Assembly: GCA_009103225.1 (NCBI GenBank)
Contig: RHPI01003599.1
Span: 357,859 to 421,858, forward strand
Length of the DNA: 64,000 bases
DNA from: Chlorokybus atmophyticus
Taxonomy: Eukaryota; Plantae; Mesostigma and Chlorokybus algae
Direction: 5' to 3'
Both the position numbers and the translations under genes were made by a program. Shown here one piece after another: positions 13,301 to 26,099 of this stretch; position 1 is the first letter of the stretch; every line of letters starts with the position of its first letter. The notes beneath the pieces were generated by a model, which was not told where the DNA came from, did no database searches, and was given only the letters and a program-made list of their open reading frames with translations.

Positions 13301-13980
13301 CAAGAGGCACGGCATTGATCTCTGGAATCTGTCGCACAAGATGTGAGTACTGTCAGAGATAATACAATTCAGCAGATGCCTCAACAAGCATGCATCTCTT
13401 ATGCGTACATGCTGCAATTGCGTTAGGTGCCAAGCATAGCGTTGGCGAACCTGTGGTGAGAATTGCGGCACGGAGTATTTGTAAGCACACTCCTACTATT
13501 TTTGCTTGCTTACCCTGGCGGCCAGGCCTGGATTGGACTGAAGCGCCCTCTGAAAGAATGCGCGAATTCCCCAATCCTCGGGAGCATTTCGTGGAGCAGC
13601 GTTTGGAGCATCCAGAGACTGCAAATTGCTTGTCAGAGGCAATAGCGTGGATGTGCTCAATGTTTCTGCAGTTACAGCGAGGCCTTGAAGCAACCAAGCA
13701 TGCCCAATTGGCAAGCTGCATGCCAACTGGGCATGCTCCACATCCAACACAGCCTTCCACGGGAGGCAGACACTGTTCATGATTGCTCATCCAGCTAAGC
13801 CCATCCAGCTAAGCGGGTATGCACTGCAGCTAGAATTTGGTCCAACCACGCTACTGGTGGTACCAATCACCGCAAGCCACAACCAAGAGGCCAGCTGTTA
13901 CCAACCACAACAACCTGCAGGAACAGCGCTTGCACGGCCTGCAGCGGCTCCGCGACGACGTCCAGCGCTACTGCGACCAT
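10315..13980 (-). CDS. MCMBP: Mini-chromosome maintenance complex-binding protein (ETG1 family)
   Basis: Exons encode VPRLHCIL, GGDSLAAEYLLLHLVSRV, LMPRKDY, QLADGTHLILDES and EYDFQYY, ending WLVMGRLLAQSFGE...RMSAQR*. The start MVAVALDVVAEPLQAV resembles the plant ETG1 N-terminus. Confidence 0.9.
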
Positions 13981-14232
13981 GTTTCCAACCCTTCCACCAC
14001 CGCCTTCTCCTCCTCTTCCGCCCCCTCCGCCTCTGACTCCTCCTCCGCCCTGCCTTGCCCCTGCCTGGCTCCTGGCAGATAGCTGCGTAGGTTTTCCCGC
14101 CAATTGTGTGTCCTATGCTGCGCCGATGTCGACGCTGGCCGAATCCGTCGATGGAATAAAGATTGGTCGACTGACGGCTGTGTGTGTGTGTGTGTCGACA
14201 TAACACATACATGTGCAGTCAACCTCTGTCTA

Positions 14233-14715
14233 CAGTCTACCCTCGTTATAGTGACTACAAATGTGTGAAGACATTTTGTCACTACACGGAGTTGTTGTTC
14301 CTTCCGTGTAGTGACCGATGATTACTGTAATGCATTAATGCTATATAGTGACAATCTGTCTTTTTAACGAGGGGTTTACAAAACATGCAAATCATATACA
14401 TAAAACGCAGGTGATCCATTGATCAAGAGTCGGACAACTCTATGCAATGACAACTGGTGACCACATTAACCTGTGCTTACCATTCCATGTAATGACGACG
14501 TGTCATTGTAGCGAGGTACCGAAATCATATCTAATGGATTTATATTTATTGCCCTCGCTATAATGATGCTCCATGTTACCATCGATTGTCCTTTCAGAGA
14601 GTGTGATAATCATAGTAAAAGGTAAAATTTGCCTTGTTTGAAACGGTCATTTTACATTTTATAGCTATTGAGAGGGTGTCATACAAACGAGTATAAATGC
14701 AGCTAGGGTAGATTG
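14233..14715. mobile_element. Tc1/mariner(pogo)-type MITE candidate
   Basis: Flanked by TA on both sides (14231-32, 14716-17). Termini CAGTCTACCCT / AGGGTAGATTG match 10/11 as inverted repeats. Internal copies of a CCCTCG(T/C)TATA(G/A)TGA motif occur in both orientations. AT-rich with no ORF. Confidence 0.5.
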
Positions 14716-15653
14716 TAAGCACACGTCCTACTGACTGCAAAAAGTGTTGCACAAGTAATGACCTGACTCTAACCAGCATGCATGCATGACTTACGGGGGT
14801 GGTAAGTAGGTAGATAAGCTCTAGGTGTAGGAGTGAGTCAGTGAATGCAGTGCATATAGCCCGGTGGTTGTGTATGTGTGATTGCATGCGTTATTGAGTG
14901 CAATGTCACATGATTGATGCATGCCGAGTGTATGGTTGCCTTGCATGCATGACATCCCCGTTCCATCTTGTGTACATCATCAGTGGCAAGCATTATTGTG
15001 CATACATCGAAGTGTGCTTCCTTCAATCTAAGCACAAAGTGCTTAAATTGTGCATGCAGCAACAACCTATGTGTATGCACGAAGTGCTTGCAAAGAGGGA
15101 AGAGCTAGATTCTAAACAGTCCCTCATTGTATGCACAAAATGGGTGTTTTAGTGGTGCTTAGATCGAGTGTTCAGTGCTTAAACGTGACAGTATTTTGCC
15201 CTTGGGCAGGTGTGTTCTCATGCGTAATGTGCATACACCGAGGTTGTTCATAGTGAGGTTGTGCATATACAGAGGTTAGAATGTACTCATGACAAATGCA
15301 AAACTACTGAACTATCGTGTTATTGGTGTGCACCACTCCCACACAAAAACAGAAGGCTGATAGTGCTGTAAACTTTACCAAAGGTAAGACTGTAAGGATG
15401 CCTCTATTGAGAGACAAGCTATATACACATGTGTATGTTGTTTGCACCACGTGTTATGAACATAACGAACATGATATAGCTCATTTACAAGCCCTTGACT
15501 GAGGAGTATGGTGGCTCGGGTGCCCTAGTGTGCATCTTTGCTTCAATCACACTTCGTCTACAAGCGCAGAAATAGGAGACAACGCTGCAGAAATTCAAGC
15601 TCTTTTTAGGTCATGAATGTGTACATCTCTCATGCAAGTAATGTCTTCCTTTC

Positions 15654-18600
15654 CTATTGCGTGCAAGAACCAGGACCCGGAGGCGCTTGACGTGCTACAT
15701 TCACGTGCACAGGTGCGGCAGCAACACCGCGCTTGAGTAGCATGCATCGAAAGCGCTCGAGTCTCGGAAGTGCTGTTGCAATGTCATTGACACTGCGCGG
15801 GCTCCACAATCGCTCCGCTGCTGCTGCCGCGCGGGGCCATATGGTCTGCTCTATGTCGGAAGCATCTGCAGTCTCACCCCACATGCACACCTGTGACACA
15901 CATAGTTAGCTCACATTTGCTACTTCTGCACACTTGTGTGACGACAACGACATCGACGATGACAATGATGATGGTGGTGGCTGCAGCATAGTGCGAAACG
16001 AACCTCTCCACCAAGTATAAATTGATGGTTGGCTGCATCGATTCCGTGATGCGGTTCGTTGAGATAGAACTGCTCAATAGTCTCCTGCAGGTGGTCTAAG
16101 TACCACCCGTGACTTAGCAGACTCCGGTACCTGTCAGTTAGAGCCATGTTGTGAACATCTAGCAATCATGCTCATTCATTCTGCAGCTTGAATCATCATA
16201 AGCGTACCCCGCCTGAACTGCTTTGGGTAGCGTTGTTCTGTCGAACCACACATGCACAATGGTTGAAGGATGCAGCGAGTCGCCAAAGAGGTTGAACACC
16301 TCTTCCCAGAATATCGGTGTGCGCCCGAGCGCAGCCGTACGGTTCGCTGCATATGAAACAAACCTCTTGTACGCGCCCTCCTCATCCAACACCTGCACCG
16401 AACCATCATATGAGTTTGTAAACGACCATGTGGTTGAACCAAGACAACACACACCTGATCAGACAACCACTGTTGGATGTGTTTGCTGTTGGACCAGCAG
16501 CTTGTGTCCACTTCATCGCCACCGAGATGCACGCACGAGTCGGTGAAGTGGTCACCAGCATCCCTGAGGATGGAAGTGATTAACTCCCAAGTTGCATTCT
16601 TGCTTGGGTCTAAAGGCTCCCTGCAGTCCTCACTTGGCCAAGTCTCAGGATAGCCCACACCCCTGCTTAGAGATAGGATTGTTGTGCAACGCACAAGCAT
16701 GTTAGTAAGTTGTTAGAGAGCCTGATTGTGATTTAATCGCTACTTGATAATAACTGCGTTTACCATGAAGCGGCATGACCGGGCATGTCAAACTCGGGGA
16801 CTACTCTAATTCCTGCTCAACAGATATGTAGTCCTGAAGTTCTTGTAACCATGTCACAGGCGGCACACAAGCAGAGCTGCGCTCAACACACCTCTTTGCT
16901 GGGCGTAGCTGCATGACACGCGCTAATGTAAGTGTCACAGCGGTGTTACAGCGGGTAAAACAGTCATGATGCGCCACTGGATGATAATTACGTGCTGAAC
17001 AAGGCTATGATGTAGCAAACAAACTCACCGCAGCAGTTCGGTGACATCGTGTGTCGTGTAGCGCTCGTGCTTGGACCACGCACCGTCCCACAGCTTCGGT
17101 GCGCGCTTCGTCTCGAGCGGAAAGCTTTGCGTGTCGATCATGTGCCAGTGAAGACAGTTCTAGAACAGCACAGAACAATGCTCAGAGCTGCAAGGAAATA
17201 GTGATTAGATAAACACTTGTACCCCTTGTCTCTGCAAGCCAGTGACAGACTTGTCTCTCAAGAGGCATGCCACAAAGGTATGCACCAGCTTTGCATAAGA
17301 CATGCTGTCCAGAATCTTCTTGATGGCTGCTTTTGGCAGGTAGTGGCGAGCGGTGTCTGCAAAAAGACTTGACGTAAACAAATATGATGTCAACGTATGC
17401 CCTGTGTGTGCGTGCGCGTGTCTGTGCACACACGCAGAGACGCGCGCATGCATAGATGCACGTAATGGACATGCACACACAGATCACGCTCTCTGCGTGA
17501 TCTGTGTGTGCGCACATGTGAATTTGTGTGGAATACATCTGCTAGCTTGCTTGTTGTGAGAGGCATACATACTGTTTATGTATGCCTCTCACAACAAGCA
17601 AGCTAGCAGCTGTACAAACACAAACATATCCGTGCTGTGTGCGTGTAGCACACCTATAAGGAGGCCTCTGTGCACAAACCGTGGCGCATCCTCTATTTCG
17701 ATAGGCAGCGACGACACGTAGTAACCCTTGCGGTCGTAGTCGTAACTCACCAGCTGGCTGAATGTCTATGAGAGAAAGTGTTGTGTTGGATTTACACCCA
17801 AGCAAACATAATGTGCTGTTGGCAACTGTGTTACATGCAACTGACTCACCTCGAGACCGCGAAGCAAACCATAGACCGTTTTAGCCTGCACACTGATGAA
17901 CGTAAGCTCTTTCTTGAACTTGCAATTGTTGAGCTCTGCATACCATGAACGTATGAAGTACCCGCAGTGCAGCGGAGCCGTTGACACCTATGTTGAGCGT
18001 GTAGCTTTCGTCTGTGCCAAGAGTTAACTGCACATTGAAGAATGCAACACAATGGTTGATGCGCTGTTTCGGCAATGCATGCAAGTAACACACATGCAAG
18101 TAGCAAACATTGCTGTTTCACTATTGCATGCTCAGATATTGCTTGTGCAGTTGCTTGAAGAGAGATATCTTGCCCTTGACCAGCACTGACCGTTTCATTA
18201 TGGCTGTTGATGCTTAAACGCAGCTGCTGCAAACTTGGCACTGACTTAATTACAGTTGCCGTCAAACCCAAAGGCGTAGCGTCGAACATTAGCCCAGCAT
18301 ACCTGTGAAAAAGGGACCAATGCATACAAGTTGATGTTTTGGTGTCACATGGTCATGCATGTACATGAACCTATGAGTACCTTTGTATGGCAGCTTGGAG
18401 AAATGGACTGGGGAACGCTGGGTGGGTGAACTGAAAGTTGGGAGCTATTGCAATGGAAGAGGTGCCGCACGAACAGCGCTTCGGCATCGGCCACACGGGA
18501 CACAATGACGGATTGTTATTTCTGTTGTTGGGTGTGTTGATAGACGCAAGGTCGTTGTCAAGGCTTGTTGGTAGCGGCTTCACCACTTGCTCTAATATGT

Positions 18601-19050
18601 TGTTGTCTGCTTCAGCTACCTGCAAGTGCAATGCCGTTGGAGCTTCTTTTATGTGTGCATGTGAAGGGCGTGCGCGTGCATGTGTGGGGGCGTGCGCAGG
18701 CACACCCACACACGCGCGTGCATTACCGCATTGCACTCGTAGATTACACACGCAAGCATTCGTGCAATTCTTTATGTGTTCATTGGGATTTGCCACTGCG
18801 ACTGAATGCGCGGTGACAGTTCGGCCTGACTGTTGCAAGCTGTTCTCATCCCCATTCATTGAGCACTTACTCCAGGAGACACACGCTGCACCTGACCTAA
18901 ACAACAATATGAATAACGCACTCATAGTGTCTTTCGCTAGGAAAACAACGGACCGACCTGCCACAACGTAGCAGTGAGCAGCAGTAGCACAGCAGCCACT
19001 GCTGCTGCTGGTTTGGCTGGCAGCCATGCAGCTCCCGCACAATCCGCCAT
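15654..19050 (-). CDS. HEXO: Beta-hexosaminidase (GH20) with N-terminal signal/anchor
   Basis: VWPMP, DAPRFVHRGLLIDTARHYLP, HWHMIDTQSFP, HLGGDEV (catalytic DE), IFWEE, GWYLDH and [32 protein letters not shown]. The hydrophobic start MADCAGAAWLPAKPAAAVAAVLLLLTATLWQ begins at 19050; the start choice is inferred. Confidence 0.92.
17534..17614. repeat. Perfect 33-bp inverted repeat with 5-nt loop (intronic hairpin)
   Basis: 17539-17571 is the exact reverse complement of 17577-17609; the loop is CTGTT. It extends 5 more positions with 1 mismatch. Confidence 0.9.
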
Positions 19051-19200
19051 GCTGTGGGGGGGTTAACTTGCACTCTTGCACCACACTCATACACAAAACA
19101 GCTGTACAACCAAGCATGCCCGCCCACTACCGCCCACGCTTTAAGCTTCCAGCTTGCTGCTTCACGCCAGTGGTGGTGAAGCTGGTTGTTGACGGTCGCG

Positions 19201-20897
19201 ATGGCGGAGGCGTGCGCCAAGCTGTACGTCGTCAGGCACGGGGAGACTGAGTGGAACGCTGTGGGGAGGTTGCAGGTAGGGCGAGACAGCTGGACTGAGC
19301 TGCCGTGCTTGCATGCGTGTGTGTGTGCATGCTTGCTTGCTGCCTAAGCTTCACCACAAGTGTGTTCGCCTACGGAGCGCACGAGTTGCACGGATGTCTG
19401 CGCACAAGGACTGCATTGAAACGATGTGTATGCGGACGGTTTGTTTTATTCCTCTTGGTATGCACTTGCAGGGACATAGCAACTCGCAGCTGAACGACGT
19501 TGGCAGGAAGCAAGCACAGCTGGTAAGCAAAATCCCATTGAGCTGCTCCTCTGGTAGTTTTTGCTTTTGCAGCTAAGCAGCGTACCTGCTCTTAATGCAC
19601 CGCGGATGGGACATACGAACTCAGACAACCGAGTACATAACCTACAACGCGCATTATGTCAGATACATTGTTGTTGTTGCCTGATTCAAAGCGCATGCTT
19701 TCTTTGCTTGACAGTAGAAATGTATATCCAGGCGACTGCTGCACGAGTCAGTCTGTGCTATTGTCAGCCATTCATGTGTTCCGCTGTGATTTGCCAACAG
19801 CTGGCAGGCCAGTTGGCTTCCAGGGGAGTTGCTTATGACGCTGTATACTCGTCCGATCTTGAGCGCGCATTGGATACGGCGCGCGCCATCGCGCACGAAG
19901 TAGGCATCCAGCAGGTATATTGAAAAGTACATACACACTCACCCACACCCACATCCGCACACCAACTGTATTTGCGCCACAGGCATCATGGGCATGTACA
20001 CACATGCCATGTGACATGTAGTAACGCCTTATAGTACAGCGTACAGGCACATGTTGTTGTTGCATACTATAGTGCAATCAAAATTATGGCCCATGTTAGC
20101 ACATGCATGTCAGTAAATGCAAAGTAAGTTGTTATGTACTGTCGGGTATGCTTCTCCATTGCAGTATGCATACTGCCTATTCCGCCCATGATAGGTTGTT
20201 ACTGTTGAAGGGCTTCGCGAGAGGCGCTTGGGAGTGCTCGAGGGTTTGACGCTTGTCGAATCAAGAGAGCGTCAACCGGACGCTTACAACGCGTTGCGTG
20301 GAAAGGGCAGCTCGCAAGGACGCTATAGCACTGCTGTAAGAGACAATCCTGCAAGCATTGGTTCATTTTACATGTTAATATTGCATTCAACGACTGTGTG
20401 GTGTCCATGTGTATGTGTGGTCGCACACACACACACACACACACATGCACACACATTCAAGTCATGCAGGGTGATGTAGAGAGCAAGGAGCAGCTGTACG
20501 ATCGGTGTGTACGAGCACTTGAAGACATCGCCGCCAAACATTATGGTAACATAACGTGCAAGCGGTTTTGTGCAAACTCATGCTCATTGTCATTGCTAGC
20601 TCTTGCTCGTGCAAAGCAGGCCTGCTGCATCTGCATAGCCAGAAGTTGCTTGTTGGGCCCTTAAATCTCCTTGCAGGTGGTACTGCAGTTGTTGTCGCTC
20701 ATGGCGGCGTGTTGAACGTGCTGTACAAGAGGGCCACAGGGAAAAACTTCCCTGGCAAGATCGTCAATGCTGCGGTGAACACCTTGCTTGTGTGCAAGAG
20801 TGGAGAATGGGAGGTTCTTGAGTGGGGCAGCACAGATCATCTAAAGGACTCTGGGTTTCTGGTCACTGCCTTTGGAGGGGAAAGCGGCTCGGGATAA
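19201..20897 (+). CDS. Histidine phosphatase / phosphoglycerate mutase-like protein
   Basis: LYVVRHGETEWN (RHG motif), GHSNSQLNDVG, YSSDLERALDTA, LRERRLGVLEG and VVVAHGGVL. Six exons; TAA 20895-20897. Confidence 0.9.
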
Positions 20898-21298
20898 AGA
20901 TTGAAGCGTGTTGTATGGTACGTAGAGCAGAGTAGTCAACTAGGTTAGTATGAACGATTCGTGGTATTCTGTCATGCTATTCCAGCACAGTTGTTGTTGA
21001 TTCAATTGTTTGCACTTCATGCATGCATAGTGGCACGCATATGAGATGCTTTGCAGCTACTTTGGGCGTGGCTTGCAATCAGTGATGATGACGATTAAAT
21101 CCCGCATGTGGAGTTTGGCATTTGCCAATGACAGCTGAGATTGATTTAGGGCCTGTTGGCCTACTAGGGCCTGCACATTGGCGTGTTTGTGTACACATGA
21201 CAGCAGCTTCGCTTTTCATCAAACATAAACGGGCACAAAGCGCTTGTGCCCGCTTTGTACTGCTTGTGCGATCGGGAACTACCAATAACTGGACGGAA

Positions 21299-21535
21299 GG
21301 TGTCTAGACACCCAACCAGACGCTATGCTTATAACAACTGGTGTCTAGACACCCAACCAGACCATGCGAGTGTGAAAAAGCGTCTTGACACCCAACAACG
21401 CCATGCTTATATCGTATAAATTATACGGGACACGTATAACGTCTATGTAAGCATGGCGTTGGGTTGGGTATCCACTGGACACTGTCCAGACACCCTTTCA
21501 TATACGTATAGCGCCTGGCTGGGTGTCTAGACACC
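21299..21535. repeat. Foldback/MITE-like array built on the palindrome GTGTCTAGACAC
   Basis: GGTGTCTAGACACCCAACCAG occurs at 21299 and 21340, with a degenerate copy at ~21380 (period ~41 bp). An inverted copy lies at 21515-21535 (20/21). A related copy lies at ~37987-38020. Confidence 0.65.
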
Positions 21536-21759
21536 CTGTCATATAAGCATTGCCAAACGTACAATTGCGGCGCAAAGCGTCCGTACGGCGTGCACCTGCG
21601 AAGCGGCGGCGGCGGTGTGTTTGTTGTTGTCGTTGTAGTCGTTCGTCCTGGCGGTCGTGCAGCAGGCGTGAGTCGTGTCACTGGTATTAATCAGTTGGCG
21701 AACACGCTGGTGCGTGCGATTGAACGCTGAGACTATTTTCATTGGGGTTGAGACAACAA

Positions 21760-22787
21760 ATGTCATTTCTGAAGCACGTCACAAAGGTCCGCCTGGAGTT
21801 TGCCGCCTACGACACTCGCTCTCGCTCTGCGAGGTGAGTAGATAGTATGCATCAAGTCGGTATCTGCACAACTACTATTTGGCATGTTAAGCAATTTCGG
21901 TACTTGCTGTCAAGGGTGCTGTTGTTGTGACGCCGCAGCAGCAGCAGGCCCCAGAGCAGTTAGGGTGTGCATTCCTGTGAGCATGCATTGATAAATAGTT
22001 TCAAGGACAATGGAAGCGGGCATGCAGCATACAAGGGATGCGCCGGTTGCTTGCTTTCTTTCTGCAGAAAATAGATCTTGTGAATGTAGTGCTTACTCTA
22101 TGTGTATTGTGCAGGGAATTTTTGTCTCAGATCACCTCCCGCAAGGCGAAAGCCGCAAATCCGGAGCGTGAAGTGGTGACCCATCTGCGCACAACAGAAC
22201 CCACCCCGCCCGTGGCAATCCTAACTTACAGTGAGTTGTTGCGCGTGCATGCGTGTGGTCACATATACCAGTTAGTAACCATTCCGCATCATTGCAGTTT
22301 ATAGCTGTTGCAATGGTCGACCAGATTGTTGTTTACACAGAACAGAGGTTACACTAAATACGACGCGAAGCCACAACACCATGACAGAACACAGATACAA
22401 GAAGTAGTAAACTAACCATCATTGTTTGATGGACGCAATGAGGATGACGATTGGTGTTGTGTGCGTGCAACTTAGCAAAATGATTTATTTGAAAAAATTC
22501 ACATCTTACAGCTGATGCCCTTGGTGGGTGCCAGTTGTTGCCAGTGTCATTGTGGACTTGTGGTCCTGGCTTGCCGCAATATCAGTTGATGCATGCGCTT
22601 GCTAAGTTACAGTCCCCCACCTCCAGGTGATGGCACGCAGCAGACCATTGAGACGGGGAGCACCTCTTGCCAGGAGATAATGCGGCAGGTGCGCGACCAG
22701 TGTGAAGAGATGGAGATGAGGGAGGTGCTGAGCGAGGCGGGTGGCAGCATTGGCAAGCTGTACTGCGAGAAGGAGCTGAAGATCTGA
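21760..22787 (+). CDS. MRPL53: Mitochondrial ribosomal protein mL53
   Basis: Three exons: MSFLKHVTKVRLEFAAYDTRSRSAR / EFLSQITSRKAKAANPEREVVTHLRTTEPTPPVAILTY / GDGTQQTIETGSTSCQEIMRQV...ELKI*. This follows the plant mL53 pattern (KVRIEF...EFL...KAK..NP). Confidence 0.85.
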
Positions 22788-23239
22788 GCCTGCATGCCCC
22801 ATCATGCTGCACACTGCTGGACATGCATATACTCTCATCAGAGCAAGCAGCAAGGTGAACACATTGCCTGTGGTTAGTTGCTGCTGCCAGTCGCTTATAG
22901 ATTGTGAACAGCATGCAAGTTCTCGGCGAAGTCTGTTGTGATTTCTCTTCTCCAGCAGGCGGCAAGCTGTTTACGACGTGTAAGTGGCAGGCTTCAGGTC
23001 TTCAATGTGTCTTACGGCTGTTCAACATGTGGTAGCTCCATGCCGTACATGACAGTTGTCCGGTTTGGGAATCTGGTCTGTTAGCTGCTGGCTACTTCCG
23101 TTATGAACAGAATATGGGTCGCAATTGGTTAGTCTCATTATACAGCTGCAAAGCTACCATTGGCTAAAGAGCATAGCCAGAACTCAGTTTTGCAGTTTTA
23201 CTACAACATTCCACAATTGGGTGATGCTTACCCCCCCCC

Positions 23240-23289
23240 NNNNNNNNNNNNNNNNNNNNNNNNNNNNNNNNNNNNNNNNNNNNNNNNNN
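23240..23289. other. Assembly gap (50 N) flanked by poly-C
   Basis: Run of N between C homopolymers. Confidence 0.99.
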
Positions 23290-24231
23290 CCCCCCCCCCC
23301 CCCCCCCCCCTATAAGAGATTGTATGCCAGGAAAGCTACATGAATTGTGTCAAGCTCACGCCACACGCGACTTCAGCACCCACACTCCATAATAGTTCAT
23401 CACCGGGCTACCTAGCACATTGTTATATGTAAACGCATGCATGCAGTGTGCTGAGTTGGAGTGTGCTTTGCAGGCGGTGTGCTTTGCAGGCGCTTGATGC
23501 AGTTTTTGTACACTACCCCGTCACTCATAGCAGCATGAATGTCAGTCAACATCTGCGCAGGTGCAGCTGTGCGCATTCATGTGTGTTTTGCTTCGCAAGT
23601 GACATCAAAGGATGCCCGGGTAAAGGTGCACATCATACGACAATGCAATGCAAATTGTCAGACATTCTTTTGCACATGTGTGGGTGCGAGACAACGTGAT
23701 CCAAGAAAAACTACCAGCATTTACCTGATAAGCTGTGCCACACATGCGCCAACCATGCGGATGCTTTTGCATACCAAAAGCGAGCGAGCGAGCAAGTAGG
23801 CAATAGACACGTAACTACGCACACCAGAGCTGGCTAGGCGCAATGCAACTAAGCGCAAGTAGCAGCAGCAGGGGCGGTGTTGACTGACTTTTAACGATGA
23901 CGACACAGCAGCAGGACAGACAGGTGACAACGCTGGAGTACTACCTGCATGCATGTTACCTGGACAGCCAAACAGCGGACGCCTTTCGCCAATGCTCAGG
24001 TTCACCAACCAAAGTACCTGTCTGTGTCCATACCTACGCATGCATGCTGTACAACTGTATGTCGAACCACATCATTGCAGTTGACCATCAATTTGCAAAA
24101 TCAAGGCAGTACAGAAGGTGTCTGGATCAACAGCACGCCAACAACCGCACGGACTGGTACGCCATCAACTGGTTGATATGCACACTGACTGCTGTAATAA
24201 GCTTGTCAATCTTAAGCCTACCAACATGTAA

Positions 24232-25504
24232 TCAGCATGTCCAACTGTTTTCAACCACCTCGCGCACTCGCCTGTTGTACTCCCTTCTACACTCCGTGTA
24301 CATGCGCGCGGCTTCGGAGTTGGCTGGCGAATTGGGGTTGGGATCGCACAAAAGGGACTGCAATCAGACAACCAACGCCTTGTTTAGTAAGTAGTTGATA
24401 CAAATATTCCTCAGCATTTGAGCTAGCGCATGAAGCAGCCTAGCCACCAGAAACAGCATGCAACTACCAATAGCAGCCGCCGTGTGACCCATTGCTGCAT
24501 TGCTGGTGCAAAATGAATACGGGTAAGATACTGCGAAGCTATTGGCAGCATGAGTAACCACTAACTGCACACAGGGGAGTGATATTGGATACAAGCGCTC
24601 AGATTTACAAATCATCTGACATGGCAGAACCTGACGTATTACCCTTTGCTCTTTACGCGACGGGCATGGCAAATGCATGGCCATCAACAATACCGCCTCT
24701 CCTTACCTGAATGGACGTAAGGATAGCTGCGACGTCGTAAATAGGGCTCCACTGATTCTGCAGAATATCCAAGCAGATGCCGCCATCTGCATAAACTGCG
24801 AAAAAGACACCAAAATTCCGTATAGGCGTGCAACCTCTCATACATTATAAGCAAATCGCAAACAAGCACCGACCCCGTGTGCAGCATTGACCATGCGACA
24901 ATACAATCGGGGGTCTTATATCTTATATCTTATAACTTATATCTTAACAACTCATGCGCACAATGCAGGTGGAGACCGACCTGACTGTGTGTCACAAAGC
25001 TACCCAACTCCATGTACAGCTACAACAATGTTATCTTGAAATTAAGACGCGTTTCCTCACAAATAAACAAGCCCGCAGCGAACTGCGCTCAGAACAAAGA
25101 TGTTTCAGCCCAACTTACTATTGGGATGAAACATCTTTGAGACGAACCGAACAACCGGCGCCTTATTCGGATAATCTTCCGAGAACTGCAATGTCAACTT
25201 GAACGTGCCTGGAAGAAAAGCGTCAGCAAGAACACTGCATGCAACATCACTTTCAAATGACAATTAGCGCACACCTCCGTCCCAAGGCGTGTCATCCGGC
25301 CTGCACACAATGATTGAGTCACAACAGAAGCAATGTGGCAACGAAACTCTCAAGTGCAGATTGAACCATGCGCGCATACCCAAAGATGACAGCGTTCCAG
25401 AGCATGATGTTGTTGTCCATGGGCGCGCCGCTAATGCCTGCAGGCGGGTCGTTCTGCAGGCGCTTGAAGTCCCGCATGAGCCGCTTGCGAGACGGAGTCG
25501 ACAT
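24232..25504 (-). CDS. UBC2: Ubiquitin-conjugating enzyme E2, RAD6/UBC2 family
   Basis: [106 protein letters not shown]. Five exons. Confidence 0.97.
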
Positions 25505-26099
25505 GGCGGCGGCCCGGGGCTGTGCCGACTACAGCCAAGCTGGTAAAGCCTCCTCAGCCAAATCCGCCACCTCGCTGTTACTAAACAGCAAGCCTGCCGG
25601 GGCGAGGACGCCGCCGGCAAGCCCGCCCAGCCCTCCCACCTTGCCGACACCCCCCTGTCAAACCCTAATTGACCCTCTCAACCAGCGCTTGCAAGCAACA
25701 GCTCAACGCCACCAATCACCCAGGCCACGCAGAGCACAACCCAGCACACGGACGCAACGACGACGCCGACCTCAACCTCACAGCCGCCGCCGCCGCCACG
25801 TGTCGTCGTGACGTTGAAAATGCCTCAACTTTCTGACTTTGTGCCGCTGCAGTCAAAGCTCGTGCGTGCGTCGCAGCAACAGCCCTACCGGCTGCTTCCA
25901 CGTAGTAACGCTGCGTGACGCTGTGCGTGACGCTTCCTGATGTGGCAGGCTGTGACATCAGCGGCCGCTGTGCCGTCTGTTTCGCGCTTTCTGGCGAGAG
26001 CAGCATTGCACATATACTTGCTGGTGTCTTTCAAGCAGGCCGCTTGACAAAGCTAGCACCTAGCAATGCATTTTGTATCTTGGCATCAGATTGAAGAGT

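Noticed and set aside
21299-21400. Palindromic repeats with short variable spacers, superficially CRISPR-like
   Set aside because: Eukaryotic context, only 2-3 units, spacers of ~20 nt, inverted copies present and no cas genes; better explained as transposon subterminal repeats.
23231-23310. Long poly-C / potential G-quadruplex tract
   Set aside because: It is interrupted by an assembly gap, so the true length and sequence are unknown.
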